The position numbers and the translations under genes were made by a program. Shown piece after piece: positions 39,581 through 53,253 of a stretch of 64,000 nt of DNA (within the stretch, counting starts at the first letter, position 1; each line of letters starts with the position of its first letter). Under the pieces are notes generated by a model that did no database searches, was not told where the DNA came from, and saw nothing but the letters and a program-made list of their open reading frames with translations. Where the stretch lies: positions 13,144,001 through 13,208,000 of the forward strand of contig NC_083414.1 in assembly GCF_020745735.1 (NCBI RefSeq). The letters are read 5' to 3'. Source of the stretch: Hemiscyllium ocellatum (taxonomy: Eukaryota).

Positions 39581-40734
39581 CTTAAACTACTGGACTTGTG
39601 CCTCACTACACACTTTACATTCAACAATCAGATATACGAACAAATCAACGGAACACCCATGGGATCACCAATCTCGGGACTCATAGCAGAGGCAGTTATG
39701 CAAAGGTTAGAACAAACAGCCCTACCACAAATTCAACCCAAACTCTGGGTCAGATATGTCGATGACACGTTCGGAATCATCAGAAACACGGAAATAGAAA
39801 AAACACACCGGATCATCAACGCCACACTCACAGGAATCCGATTCACGAGAGAAGAAGAAAAGGATAGCCAACTCCCATTCCTAGACGTGATAGTACAGAG
39901 AACACCGAACGGAGAATTCACCACAAGGGTACACAGGAAAACAACACACACAGACCAAATCCTAAACTATGAAAGTAACCACCCCAACACACGTAAACAA
40001 AGCTGCATCAGGACACTATTCAAAAGAGCTACAACACACTGCAGTACACCAGAACTGCGAAAAGAGGAAGAGGAACACCTATACAAGGTATTCGCCAAAA
40101 ACAGATACCCGCGCAACTTTATCAACAGATGCCTAAGAGATAGACCACGGAACGAGGACATGCCACAACCAAAAGGACTAGCCACACTACCATACATCAG
40201 GAGCGTTTCAGAACTGACAGCCAGACTACTGCGACCCTTAGGACTCATAACGGCACACAAACCAACAGCCACGCTCAGACAACAACTTACTAGAACAAAG
40301 GAGCCAATACCTAACATGAGCAAAACTAATGTAGTTTACAAAATACCATGCAAGGACTGCACAAAACACTATATAGGACAACAGGAAGACAGCTAACAAT
40401 CCGCATACATGAACATCAACTAGCCATGAAACAACACGACCAGCTATCCCTAGTAGCCACACACTCAGACAACAAGCAACATGAATTTGACTGGGAAAAC
40501 ACTACTATCATAGGGCGAGCCAGACAGAGAACAGCCAGGGAATTCCTAGAGGCATGGCATTCATCCACAGACTCCATCAACAAACACATCGACCTGGACC
40601 CAATATACCAACCACTACAGCGGACAGCTGAAACTGACACCCGGAAGCGGCAAGGACAGACCACTATAAATACCGGAAGAAACATCAAAGAAGCGCTTCG
40701 CAGGAGGCTCCAGAGCACTGATGATGTCTCCTAG
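39581..40734 (+). pseudogene. Penelope RT C-terminus plus GIY-YIG, 5'-truncated and frameshifted (plus arm)
   Basis: ORFs 39572-40396 and 40348-40734 are near-identical to the minus arm. Confidence 0.9.
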
Positions 40735-41397
40735 CCAGGGGACGAAATGTTTGCAACAAAAACTTCCAGCTCGGCGAACAGAACCACAACAGCCTGTAAA
40801 CTGTACTACAAAATTTTGTGGTTGTGTTCAACAGCTTCAACATTATAACTTTAACCTTGAGTACAACTCATAGTTGTATAAAAATGTTAAGAAATGTAGA
40901 GTATCAGTCTTTCTTCACTCCAGTGTAGAAGCAGGTTATTCAGCCCATCGGGTCACACTTGACTGTCCAAAGAGCAGCCCACCTTAAGCTATCCCTGTAA
41001 CTGCGAATTTCCCGTAGTTAATCCACCCAACCTGCAAATCCCTGGATATCGCGGGCAATTTAGCATGGCCAGACAACTTAACGTAATCTTTGTTTATATG
41101 TTGGATATAGTTTGGTGACGTGGGTTGAAAATTAATTGTAGTTTTAAGTCATTTGCTTACACAAATGCCCAGTTTTTTAAAATCTCTTTAGTTGCAAGAA
41201 ATGAATTAATTTTGAAAGCATCTTATTAATTTGTGGTATTCATTGTACATGAAGAATAAAGCACACTTGTACAAAGAATATTGCTGTATGTATGCTTCTA
41301 CAATTAATGGGGTGAAACTGAAACATAATATTTGCACAATAAACCTAGAAATGGCTTAATCTGTTTTTCTGTCCCACTTTGACATGGAATCCAGTGA

Positions 41398-41565
<168 letters not shown>

Positions 41566-41569
41566 TAAA

Positions 41570-42700
41570 GACTGTTGATTTGGCAAATAAAGTACAATGT
41601 GGGAAATGTGAAAATATCCACATTGGCAGTAAGAATAAAGTTGTAAATGGTGAGAGTTTGCAAAGCTCTGAGATACACAGAAATTTGGGTGTTCTCATAC
41701 ATGAATTATGAACATTATTCTGCAGGTGCAGCAAGTAATTAGTAAGACTAATAGGAGTTTATACACTCAGACCTCATTATTTGTGAGAGATAGGCACACA
41801 GACTCTTTGGATAACAAATCTCCTGTGTACTGTGAAAGACTATTCAAAGAATTAGATGAGACAGTCAGAAAAACTTAAGATGGAGTCTGGGACTGAATTT
41901 GCAAGCACACAGATCCATACGTAGCATATCATTATGAGGACAAAGTAATTAATTACAAGGGAAGGTGAATATAAAAGTAGGGTTTTTCCTTCAGCTACAC
42001 CAGATGTTATTCTGGAATACTGTGTATAGTATTGGTGTCTTTAGTAAGGAAGGATGAAAATGTATTGGAAGCAGGTCAGAGAAGGTTTACTTGATAAATA
42101 CCTGGAATGGACAGGCTGCCTAATGAGAAAAAGTTGGACAGCAAGGGTTGTATCTGCTGGAGATTAGAAGAGCAAGAGGCAACCTGATTGAATCATACAA
42201 ACCCTGAGAGGTCATGACAGGATGGGATTGAAAAGGATTTTTCCACTTGAGAGATTCAACAATTAGGAGTTACTGGATGTAGGTTTGCTCGCTGAGTTGG
42301 AAGGTTCATTTCCAGATGTTTTGTCACCATACTTGGTAACATTTCCCAAAGAAACTCAAACATATAAATTGAAAGCAGGAATTTTCAGCATTGCTTTGCC
42401 TGACCCCCACTGAAGATGTTACCTAGTAGGGTAACGAAACATCTGGAAATGAACCTTCCAGCTCAGCGAGCAAACCTACATCCAAAACCTCAACCTGAGC
42501 TACAAATCTTCTCAAAACCCGATTAGGAGTTACTGTTTAAAAATAAAGGTTATTCATTTACAATATTTTGCTCTGATGCTCCTAAGTGTTTAAAATCCTG
42601 CTTTTGTTTGCAGATATAGTATTGATGTGTAAGGGATTGAAAGCTATCATGGATTGGTGGGAATGTGGGATAACCAGATTAGCCATCAAGGCCAGAATGC
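41570..42700 (+). mobile_element. Old CR1 fragment hosting the 42276 insertion
   Basis: KCENIHIG, LEYCV.YW and LEAGQRRFT remnants. Confidence 0.65.
42276..42521. mobile_element. 246-bp palindromic PLE-end insertion, 14-bp TSD
   Basis: ATTAGGAGTTACTG at 42262-42275 and 42522-42535. Arms ~42274-42342 and ~42416-42484; 37-nt tail; HHR motif CTGAAGA-T-GTTACC-TAGTAG-GGTAAC-GAAA-CA-TC at ~42410-42443. Confidence 0.88.
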
Positions 42701-43648
42701 CCAAGACCAATGTCTATCTGTGTTAAATAATTTCAGCTCAGCCTTAATATGTTGGGGGAAAGGTGTGCATGGTAAGTGTATGTGCTGGAGAGCCAATCAC
42801 TACAAGTTAATGCAAATACAAAAATGCTGGAAAAACTCAGCAGATCTGGCAGCATCTGTGGAGAGAGAAACAGAAATAAAATCTGATAGGGATTCTTCAG
42901 GACTTATGCATTTGCTTACCACATACTAATGGTTGGATAAAGTGCTCCTCAACCTTCCTTGTCTGTCTGTATTTGCCTCTGTTTTGCTTTTTCTAATCTA
43001 CCTGTTCAGAGATATTATGACATCTGTGTAGCAGGTGGGATGTGAACCTCTTGGCTCAGAGGCAGAGCCCCCAATCATCATTTCTGTGCTGAGTCAAAGG
43101 ACGTATTTGGATAACAATGTTGGAAGATGTAACCATGCTAATGAGTTTTAACGAGAGGCACTTGCCTTAACCAGGTCTAGTTTATTCCATGATTACAAAA
43201 GGTAGTAGTTTGATTGGCTAATGCGACTTAGCTGTTATGTCCATCCAGAGACACTGATGACACATGTGCATGTCTCATCGGAATCTCGAGTTAGTCTTTA
43301 TTCCCCACCACGGACTACCTGACATCATTTAGATTGTGTGGAGCTTAATGCACTCTCCAATATTAATCCTTTCATAGCGATTATCTTGCACAGTGGACAA
43401 GATGAGAGGCTTTAATGTTCTGTGTTCAACATTTACATGGGCTTGTATGCGAAGAATAGCTGAAAAGGGTCTTTAGGCAATTAATTGCACTAGTATGATT
43501 GAGCACCTTCAAGAGATTTGAGAAATTTAAAGGGGGAAGAAAATATGAACAATTTAAAGACATAACAACTTAAAAATGAAATGGGAAACAGAGGGTGGAG
43601 GAAATAATATTCAATAATACCTGCCTCAAGTGTTTTTTAATTCTGTAG

Positions 43649-43777
43649 GCTGAATGGGAAGCTTTGGAAATAACGGATCATCAGTGGGCCTTAGAAGAGG
43701 TTGAAGAGGAACTCATGGCCAAGGATCTTAATTTTGAAGGGATGTTCAGCAAAGAGATTGAGATGTCGATGTTCTGA
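43649..43777 (+). CDS. EMC3: EMC3 exon 8 (129 nt including stop)
   Basis: [42 protein letters not shown]; the exons sum to 786 nt, i.e. 261 aa plus stop. Confidence 0.97.
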   Translation, partial: AEWEALEITDHQWALEEVEEELMAKDLNFEGMFSKEIEMSMF

Positions 43778-44585
43778 AGCATCTTAACCAGTGGCCTCCA
43801 ATCGTAACCTCCAGCTTCCATAACTTGTGTTTGTAGTAAGACTGACATTTCTGCTGAAGTCTTAAAAAAAATCACTTGAAAGCATTAGAATCATTTGTCG
43901 CTGCTTCAAGTTACACAAGCCACTAATTTGATACTTTACTGTGAATTTGGAAGTTCCGTGTAAACCGGGGTCTTGTATGGATACTAGACTAGAATAGATT
44001 GTGTCTATTTCTGTGTCAAATTCCAAAACACTTGTTGGAATTGACTCTCATTCAATCCATAAAGATACAAGTTATTTAGAAGCCCTTAGTGTCTCTGACC
44101 AAATGTACTGAATTCACTTTGTTTATAAAAGTATAAAACATAATTTTCTCATGGATGTAAGTGTGTTTCTTTAGGATAACATTTGTTGCAGTGTGTTCTA
44201 TTACGTTAATCCTGCATTGGTTCGGAGTTTAGAAATGAATTCTATTTTGTGTGTCTGTATATTGGCAGTTGTCAAGTTCTCTTTTTCCCTCTATTATTAA
44301 TGCTATAGGAATTGAAGTAAGTAACTCAATTTGAGGTTTTTCACTAAATTGAGCATTGATATCTTGGTTGCTGTAATGAAAAATTACAAGTGTAGGTCAC
44401 ATAATACAAATTTGGCTCTTTCAAGTTGATTGGAAGCTATTTTTGTGTCTGGGCGTAAAAAAACCCCAGTTAATCCAACATAGCCAGTTTTTATTTTAAA
44501 AGATCAACTAAAGATTTCTTCAAAGCTGAGTTTGGCTTTGCAAACTCATGGAAATTGTGTTATCACAAGAAATGCAACTCATGAA

Positions 44586-44591
44586 AATAAA
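44586..44591 (+). terminator. Candidate EMC3 polyadenylation signal
   Basis: First canonical AATAAA noticed downstream of the stop, ~810 nt away. Confidence 0.5.
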
Positions 44592-47500
44592 CTGATAAAA
44601 TACATTCTTCGCCAATTTAATTGTACATCACCTTCAGATTCCTGTAGCTTTACATCTCACTGCCACCATAGAATGGTAACCCTTAGATGACTGTTAACTG
44701 TCATCACGCGTAAAAGGAAATCAATATTTGATCTTCAAATGTTGAAATAATGCTTGTTATATTCCAAAATGCCATAGTTTTGTTTCAGTTTTTGTTTCAG
44801 CAATGTAATCACACTGAGATTCTGGGCTAGGTTTTAGAGGCCATCCTCAGACTGGGAAACAATGCAAATGGAACTCTAAATTAGGGCACCATGCTATCAG
44901 CAGAATGCTCGTCCACAGCCTACCCAGCTGCAATATTTACAAGCATTAAGGGAGTGTCGGGTGATTCACCTGTCCCAATCCATATGAGGCTCTTCAGTGA
45001 TCAATTAATAGCCTCATCCCATCATCACGCAGATTTAATTAGCAGCAAGAGAGGCTGGCACACCACATAAAGCCTGGCTAGTCAAAATGTGGGTTGGCTT
45101 TTGCCATGCTGTCTGGCAGCTCGAATTGGAGGCTCCTTCACACAGTTTAGTTCACTATGTTTACCCCCTACCTCCCCTCATTTTCCCAGGCTTCCCTAAA
45201 TGATCAGGTCCTTCGCTGAACAATAATTTCTCAGTCTACTTGCAACACCAGCAATGGCCATCATTGCTGCTGATGTTGCCTGAGTGCAGAACTTCAGCTT
45301 CCAACTGGCCAGTAGTTCTGAAGCATGATTCCTTACTCGGTATAAAAGCTTATTGATTGTTTGGAAAATTAAAGTGTGATGAAACAGATAAGCAGAGGCA
45401 GCCTCATGTCCAATGTCTTAGCACTGAATTGTAGGGACCCCCCATCTTTGCTGTGTAATTCAGCCCCATGTTTTAGTAGTTTAAAATATTCAGTTTTAGC
45501 CATAACAGTACAAAGTTCCTTCATTTAGTATATGTATTCTTTTCTAACACATGAAATCACTATACCTGCTAGGTTTAGATGGAGAGAAATTTGGTTGATG
45601 CCCCTTCAACCTTCCATCCTGCTGTAATCCGATAGTTAAATAATTGGTACAGTGTACATATCTACAAAGTCCCAAGTTTAATTTCGAGCTTTGCAATTAA
45701 CTCATTTGCACCATGGTGGTCATGAGAAGCGTTCGCTTGGTCTCCACTTACTTTGTCTGAGAGGGGGGAAATCACCCAGGGTTTCTATTTTTGACTACTA
45801 CGTGGATGGGCTTGAGCAGACTGGTGTTGCATCCTACTGTACAATAGCACATTGATATACACTATCAAAGTTTTTATGTGAAGACTGAACAACATTTTGT
45901 CCATAGTGAGAAAATAACTCGATGAGAAATGGAAAAAGAATTAGTGATGTTGACATTTTTGACTTCAGAAGTTATTCAGCAATTTCTAACATTGTAGTTC
46001 TGATTGTGGGGAAGCCCCGAGCAGTAGGAATGTATTTGAATTAAGGTGTCAAATTCATACCCATTTTTTCCATGTTTTAGCTTTCCAATTGCTTAGACCT
46101 GGGAATGAGTTATCCCTGGACCAAATCATAAAAGTGACATTCTCATCGAAAATTTGTCACAATTTAAATGAATCCGACTTTCTTTTGTGTGTCTAAAAAC
46201 TTTGGTTTGTAATCAATTTCTCCTTCCTGGAGTGATTTCTGGCATGCCTCAGGCAGAAGCTCACTTGAAAGTAGAGGTTTGCGTTTTTGTTTTGGCATGG
46301 CCCCCAGTAAACATTGCACTTAGCCTTTCATTTTGATTAAGTATTATCTACCTTCCCTGCTTTCCTGATGGAGATGACTTACCAAGACCATATATGGTCT
46401 TGGAGCTGCAGTTAGCTCTTGGACATATTCTTGACTTTCAAGCCTAGTATGACAAACATTTTGATAATTGGTGAAAGCAAAATTGAGCTGAACCCCTTTA
46501 CTTTTCACCATCCATCCAGCTTGTCAAGATCTTCACATAATGCAAATCATGCTTCAACACCACCTTTGTTAAGCCGGCAATTTAACGAAGGCATAATTAT
46601 GCTTTGCAGCTCCTGATTGGCACCTGACAATGTTCCTGTAGTCTGAGAGACCTAGGCAACCTTTGTAGGTCACGTTATTTTAAAAGGTCAGCTTGATTTT
46701 ATAAATTAATCCCATGCTTTTTTCAGATTTATTGGCTGCCATAAATTAAAGTCCCATGCTTTTGTTCTTTGCTACAATATAAATTAGTAATGCTGTGATT
46801 GATGCAATTGCTAGCAAGATGCACAGTTATGTACTAATGTTCCATTTGAAATCTCCTTCAGTTTGTATAGTATCTAAATTTGAATGACCTCTTACTGTAG
46901 CTGAGTTACTCATGTATACCTTATGCAGTTCTGTAAATCAAAATTATTTTGTACTGTCAATATCTACTTGCCTACCCTGTCCCATGGAAATTTCACAAGA
47001 GGCATGCAAAAAAGCACCACGTGATCACCTTCTGAACAGGTAGGTCAAAAAATGGCATGGTAATTGCTTTTTCATAAGAAGCAGTGTTTACTGGCTTTCT
47101 GTGTTCTTTCTGGACCACTAATCTGTGTGTGTGTGTGTCTGTCTCTCTCTCTCCCTCTCTCTTTCCAGCTCCCTCTCCTCCCTCTCCCTGATCTGGCAGT
47201 TAGGTGATGAGCAAGACTGGTACGAAGAATATCTCTACAGTGAAAGATATTAGAACTGAAAACAGCTTATACAGCATTGTAACTTCCAAACTGACTTTCA
47301 CTTGCTTAATTAAAGTCTTGTCCACTGCTGGCTATCTGATCTGCATTTCTTTCTCACTGCTGTCAGTAATGAAACGTGGAGTTTTGGTCCTCTGCTTTAT
47401 GTTCAACATCTTTTGCTCACACATCATGTTTTCACTGCTCTATTTTTTAATAGTTTCCAAAGATGATAGAATCAAATGATTAATTTGGTATCTGTAGTTT

Positions 47501-48579
47501 TTTTAAAAAAAACTGAAATATTCACCACTGTCATATACCAGTAGTTCCATGCCATGACATTTAGTTATCTGTGGTTAAATTGTGAAATTCATTGTCTTGT
47601 CTCAGTTCAGTGTTTTATGTGAGCTTTGACCATGTGAAAATATGTTTGTTGCCGATTTCATTCCAGGAAAGGGGAAAAAGGAGTCATCTTCAAACAGGTC
47701 AAAACTTGCTTTCATTTTCAGTGTTTTACACTGGTTCTAAGTCCACTTGAATAGTTTTTAATGTAAAGTTCGATATTTATTATTAAGGTTGTTATTGAGG
47801 TCTAACAATGAGTCATATGCTTTGTTTTATGAGTAGGTAACAGCAGATGCATGTGGCAAAATACCTTTCTTGTTTGCAACAAAAGAATCTTGCTCTCCTG
47901 TTGGCTTCCAAAAAATGACTGGCTTACAGGTTTCTGAAATTACTTTTAAGCCCCTGCACGATTTCTGGGGATGTAATTGATGCCTTAGTAACAACTAGAT
48001 AAAAGTTTGTAATCTCTGGGATCTGTAGTACCAATCGTTAAATTTACTTTCTGTATTCATACACATTTCTATTTTTTTTGCAAGAATCAATATTAGTACT
48101 AATAGGTTATTAACTGAGCTCCAGTGGCAGTGACCTGAGCATTCATGCAACCACAGTGTAGTTTCTGCTTGAGCTTTAAACACATTAAGGTTTTAACATA
48201 TATTTTGCATAGCTAATCAATGGACTAGCTATTGTTTTTGTTTCTGATTTATGTTATCTTAAATAATTAAGATTGCAAGATAACTTTCAGTAGTTTTTAT
48301 GAAGTGGGAATGCATGTGAATGTCATCTCTGGGGTTATTTGTTTAATTCATTTCCATCCTCCGAAATTTGTCAATTGGAGGAATTCTATCATTTTATCTT
48401 TATCTGGTGTTCATTCCATTATCTTATTAAAAATAATCAATCAAGGACTCTGTAGATAGAGTCCATACTCTTGGATTGAGGGGCCAAGGTTCAAGCCCCT
48501 CCTCCTGAAATATGTAATAACATCTCTAAACAGGTCATTAGAAAAATAGTTGAAATAACAAAACATCAGCGAAGGGCCA

Positions 48580-48680
48580 TCTTGTGGCAAAGTGATAGTG
48601 TCTCTGCTCAGGTCCAGGAGGTCTGGGTCCAAGTCCCATCTGCTCCAGAGGTGTGTTACAATGTCTGTGAATAAGTTGAT
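48580..48680 (+). mobile_element. Short tRNA-like SINE head (related copies ~13480-13550, 34200-34280, 43010-43070, 48450-48535, 49690-49770)
   Basis: TGGCAAAGTGATAGTGTC..GGGTCCAAGTCCCA.CTGCTCCAGAGGTGTG recurs across the window. Confidence 0.55.
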
Positions 48681-50370
48681 TACAAAAATAGGTTAAAATT
48701 TTCAAAAATTAATGCATGTGGACCTTCCTCCAGTCTAACTCTGATAAATCCAAACTGAACATTCTTGGATCTGGAAGGAATTTGTTAGTGGTTAAATGTA
48801 AATTTTAAACTCATCCAGGTGAATGTTTTCTCAAGTTTGAAGGTAGAAGTGGTGATTTAATCTGCTCAAGTACAGATAAACGCTATATTTGTGACCAATT
48901 AAGAATGGCCACAAAAGCAATGTACAAGAGGACAGCTAGTGTACGTTAGCAAACGTCAGCACCTTCAAAAGAGGGGAAGGTTTTTGATTGTGTACAGACC
49001 TGTTACTTAAGCACACTCCAGTTTTCTCTGTCTAAGATGTGCTTTTGGTGTGAAAAAGCAACTGCTGTTACAATAACTAATTGACAAGATTTTCAAATGA
49101 TGACAAGAACACCCTGCTTTGCAAATATATTGTTAAGCTTACATATGCTTTACAAAAGGCCTTCATAAATATAGAAGATGTGAAAATCTGTAAAAACTAG
49201 ATGGTTGAATGTGCAATGTGATGAATGTAACTGATCCTTCTATGAACTGCTGATATTATTCATTCTCTGGTTTGCAACTAAAAAATGTCATTTTTATATA
49301 ACTCGAGAAAAAAAACACTCATTTAAGATCCTGTCCTCAGATACTGTTATTTTGCAGACAAAAATGAACAGTTTTGTATGAGATCTTATTTTCAATATCT
49401 GTGTTTAATAAAGATTTTGAGTAAGAACACTAAGTGTAGCACAATTATTTGTGATGTCAAGATGAGAAGTTATGAGGTTTTATTGCCTGAGAGCAAGAAA
49501 AATTCCCTTGAGCCGATCAAATCTGTGCCGATCAGGCACCTAGCTATCCTAATCCCAATTTCCAGCACTTGGCCCATAAGCCTTGAATGTTTTGACATCA
49601 CAGTGTACACATAAATGCTATTAAAATGTTATAAGGGTTTCTGCCTCTACCTCCCTTCAGACCAGTAAACAGTTGAAATAACAAAAAATCATGTGGCACA
49701 GTGATAGTGTCCCTGCTCCAGGTCCAGTAAGCCTGGGTCCAAGTCCCACCTGCTCCAGAAGTGTATTCACAGAGAATCCCTCTGTGAATATTTTTTTCCA
49801 CACCTCTCTAAACCTCCAGCCCCTTAATTTAAATCTATGCCCCTGGTCATTGATCCCTCTAACAAGGGAAAAAGTTCCTTCCTCTGACTATCCTATCTAA
49901 ATATCCCTCTTAATTTTTTGTACATCTCAATCATGTTCCCCCACCCAAATTTCCGTAAAATTGATACATGTTTAAACATAAAAATTGTAGTATTTGTATT
50001 ATGCATCATGTTAGTTTACTGGCAATCTTTTGTTAAATCAAAGTTGTGGATATGCTGATGGGAGTCAGCTCAATCCTGGCCTCGCATATATATCCACATG
50101 TTGAAAACCAGCTGAGGTAAGTAGATGAGTTCGTGATAGTCCCTTGGGAGCATAATGCTATTAGTTTTTTTTAGTTGTTTGTGTTTACTCCGGTATCAGG
50201 GTTAAAGGGATCGTGCCAATGTGTTTATTTGGAAATATCCACAATTCTAGGCATCTGAACTTTAGAGAAAATTCTCCACAGTCCATTGTCAACAACTAGA
50301 ATGCTTTTCTCAAGTTGACAAACATCACTCCGGATTCTGGTGTTCTGCTCTGTACTTTTCCTAAATGTCA

Positions 50371-50577
50371 AGTGTGGTGCTGGAAAAGCACAGCAGGTCA
50401 GGCAGCATCCGAGGAGCAGGAGAATCAATGTTTCGGGCATAAGCCCTTCATCAGACTATACCCTCATTCCTGATGAAGGGCTTATGCCTGCAAAGTCAAT
50501 TCTCCTGCTCCTCGGATGCTGACTGACCTGCTGTGCTTTTCCAGCAACACACACTCAACTCTGATCTCCAGTATCTG
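50371..50577. mobile_element. Palindromic HHR-bearing PLE-end pair
   Basis: Arms ~50371-50454 and ~50470-50553, both starting at CTGATGA; tail on the right arm; no clear TSD. Confidence 0.8.
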
Positions 50578-51396
50578 AGATCTGGAACTAAAGCAAAGTA
50601 TTGGAGAAACTCAGCAGGTCTGGCAACATTTGTGGGGAGAAATCAGTGTTAGCGTTTTGACTCCAGTGGCTCTTCATCAGACCTTAGTGATGAAGTGAAA
50701 ATAACCTTGATGTTCTGTTATAAATCTGAAAATCACATCAGTTTTCTGAGATTTGTTTTGTAACAGTTAAGATTAAGTTACGTTAACTGCTGCTATGACA
50801 AAAGATTTGATGTTAAATGAATATCTTTTTAAACAGCTAGGTCCTGCAAATAGCAATGAGATGGCTGTTAATTCGTTTCTAATAATATTAGGGTCAGTCA
50901 GCTCCAGGTTTTTTTTTTGAATAATGCAATAGGATCTTTCACTCTTAAAAACATTTCCGAAGGACAGCACAATGTACCTGCCTGTACCTCCAAATTACAA
51001 GATTAATCTGCAACCTTCTGACTTGAAGGTAAGGATACAATTGTTTAGCAGCATTGGGGTATGAGAGAAAAATGAGAAAATAATTTTGAAAAAATGGACT
51101 TTCTGCCATTAGTTAAATCACAAATCTTTCAACTCCTGCTACTGGTCTCAAATGTTGCAAAAGCTAACTTATTCATAAGGTTGCCATTGCTAGTGAATTT
51201 AGCGGTGTTGCTGAAGAAAAGCCACATTTTGCCAAGCACTCAAGACCATTCATAAAAATACTGGGGGAGAAACAACCTTTTGTACCTCATGAAAGAAGAA
51301 TGCTGAGTGGTAAGCAAGTGGACGGTGGGAAAGCTTTTGCCAATACACATTAATGATGTTTGTCGATTAATTGTCAGGCTTTAAAGTTTTAACCAG

Positions 51397-51590
51397 GAGA
51401 AAGTGAGGATTGCAGATGCTATGGATCAGAATCTAGCATGGAATGCTGGAAAAGCACAGTAGGTCAGGCAGCATCTGAGGAGCAGGAGAATCGATGTTTT
51501 GGGGAAGAACTCTTCATCAGCAATGAGCCAAGGGAATGGAGAGATAAGTGGGAGGGGGAGGTGAGGCTGAGGGGAAGATAGCTGAGAGTG
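51397..51590 (-). mobile_element. Neptune-like PLE 3' end with decayed HHR
   Basis: Same sequence family as 3470 and 12153. Confidence 0.7.
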
Positions 51591-53253
51591 TGGAACATGT
51601 TCCTGTGAATTAATATGGAGCTTTTAGTGTACCACACTGTAAGGCCAACTTCACAATCTTAAACTGGTTGTCAGTGTAATTCATTGCACGTTCCAGAGGT
51701 GATCCAGTAATTGTGTGATTTCAAAATCACATAAAATGTTGCACACATACAAGTTTTGCGAGGGCAGGCTGCTTAAGTATTCAGCACCTTGCTTGTTGTG
51801 AACAACCAAAGTGAGATCTTGTTTATTTAAGTCAGAATTCAAAATATGTCTATGAATTTTCATATATATTTTGATGTGCTGTCATGATCCCAGCTGATGA
51901 TGATACTTGTCATGCCGAATTCCTGAGTGAAACCTGGCTTGATAGAAAATTTTCTTTTTATCGTGCAGTCACTGAATAAATTCACAAGAGGCTGCCAATG
52001 TACTTTCAATAAAAGATCAAAAGTTTATTGCAAAACACAAACTATTTACGACACAGGAACTACTTGAAACTAATTAAAAATGTCAAGGAAATAATCAACT
52101 CTCTTACTCTATTCGGTTCTCTTTTCTTGAGATTCTTACACAACTTCTGTGAGGAGCCAAAATTTATTAAGCAAGTACAAGCTTCACCATGCTTGTCAAG
52201 CCATGTCAAGAAATCTCCCTGAACAAGGGAACAGTCCTCCTTTTTACATCACCATCAGCAATGCCCACAAGACAACCCCCTGCCACTGCCCTACAGTCAC
52301 ATGCCACTCGAGACACAGTGCAGTGACCTGATCATCTCCAGAAACAATATAATTTCAATTATTCCTTAATGGCAAAGATCTGGTGTAAATCTTTTTTTTT
52401 TAAAACTGCAGGGTAGTAGTCAGAATTTTAACTGCAATGTTCTTATTGATTCTGAATAGGAGATGATAATGTCAATTTATTCTGAATAATAGGAGATGGC
52501 AATGTAAATTGGGCATCCAATTCCTTGAAGGTCGACAGAGCAAATTAACCCTTTAACATTTCAACCCCAAAGTAACAATTTTACCGACATCCACATTTCA
52601 GTGAAGGGTCACCTACGTCTCCATGTTAAAGCTCCTTTTTCACCTGGCACTGCTATTATACATTGTTTTTCAGCAAATTTCTACATTCACTATGGTATTT
52701 TCTTGAGTAATATCTCTTCCAAGACCTTAAAACATGCTGCTAACTTGGCTCACTTGCTTGTTAACATAAATTTCTTAACCTCATATCTTGAACAAGATGT
52801 CCTCCTCTCTAACGATACCTGCTATTTCTGGAGTTTTCTTTTAACTCGCCTCGGACTTCTCCCCTTCTGCCCTGGCTCCTTTGAGACTACTAAACTAACC
52901 ACTCCTCTGCTGTTAAACATCTTTTCTATCTGAATAAACTTGCTTCTGTCTAAATGGCCTTGCTTCCATCTCTCTCTCTCTGGATTGTGAGGCCAAAGTC
53001 AGCAAAACCTCCAGCAATTATCACCTCAGACAGCTTGCTGTTCATTTATCTAAAATGACGTCATCTCTCAAAGTAACTTTCTAACTTTCTTTCTGAAAGA
53101 AAGAATCAGAAAAACTGAAAGGTATCTCCTTATTTAAGAATGGATATAATTGCACTGGTGGAAAATGTATTTCAAAGGAGGTTCCCTGGATTGAAACAAG
53201 GAATAAGCGTGTTCTTGATGAACCTAGAGGAGCATTTAAGAACATCCAGCAAA

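Larger units (their letters stand above)
37287..40789. mobile_element. 3.5-kb head-to-head palindromic Poseidon-like Penelope insertion, 13-bp TSD
   Basis: CAGCCTGTAAACT at 37274-37286 and 40790-40802. Minus-strand copy 37287-39580 and plus-strand copy 39581-40789; inverted arms 37326-38530 and 39581-40790; HHR motifs near both outer ends. Confidence 0.95.

Noticed and set aside
37190-40718. Antisense ORFs over the Penelope copies (MLWSLLRSASL.., MLMLGIGSF..)
   Set aside because: Shadow frames of the RT/GIY-YIG sequence, repeated only because the element is repeated.
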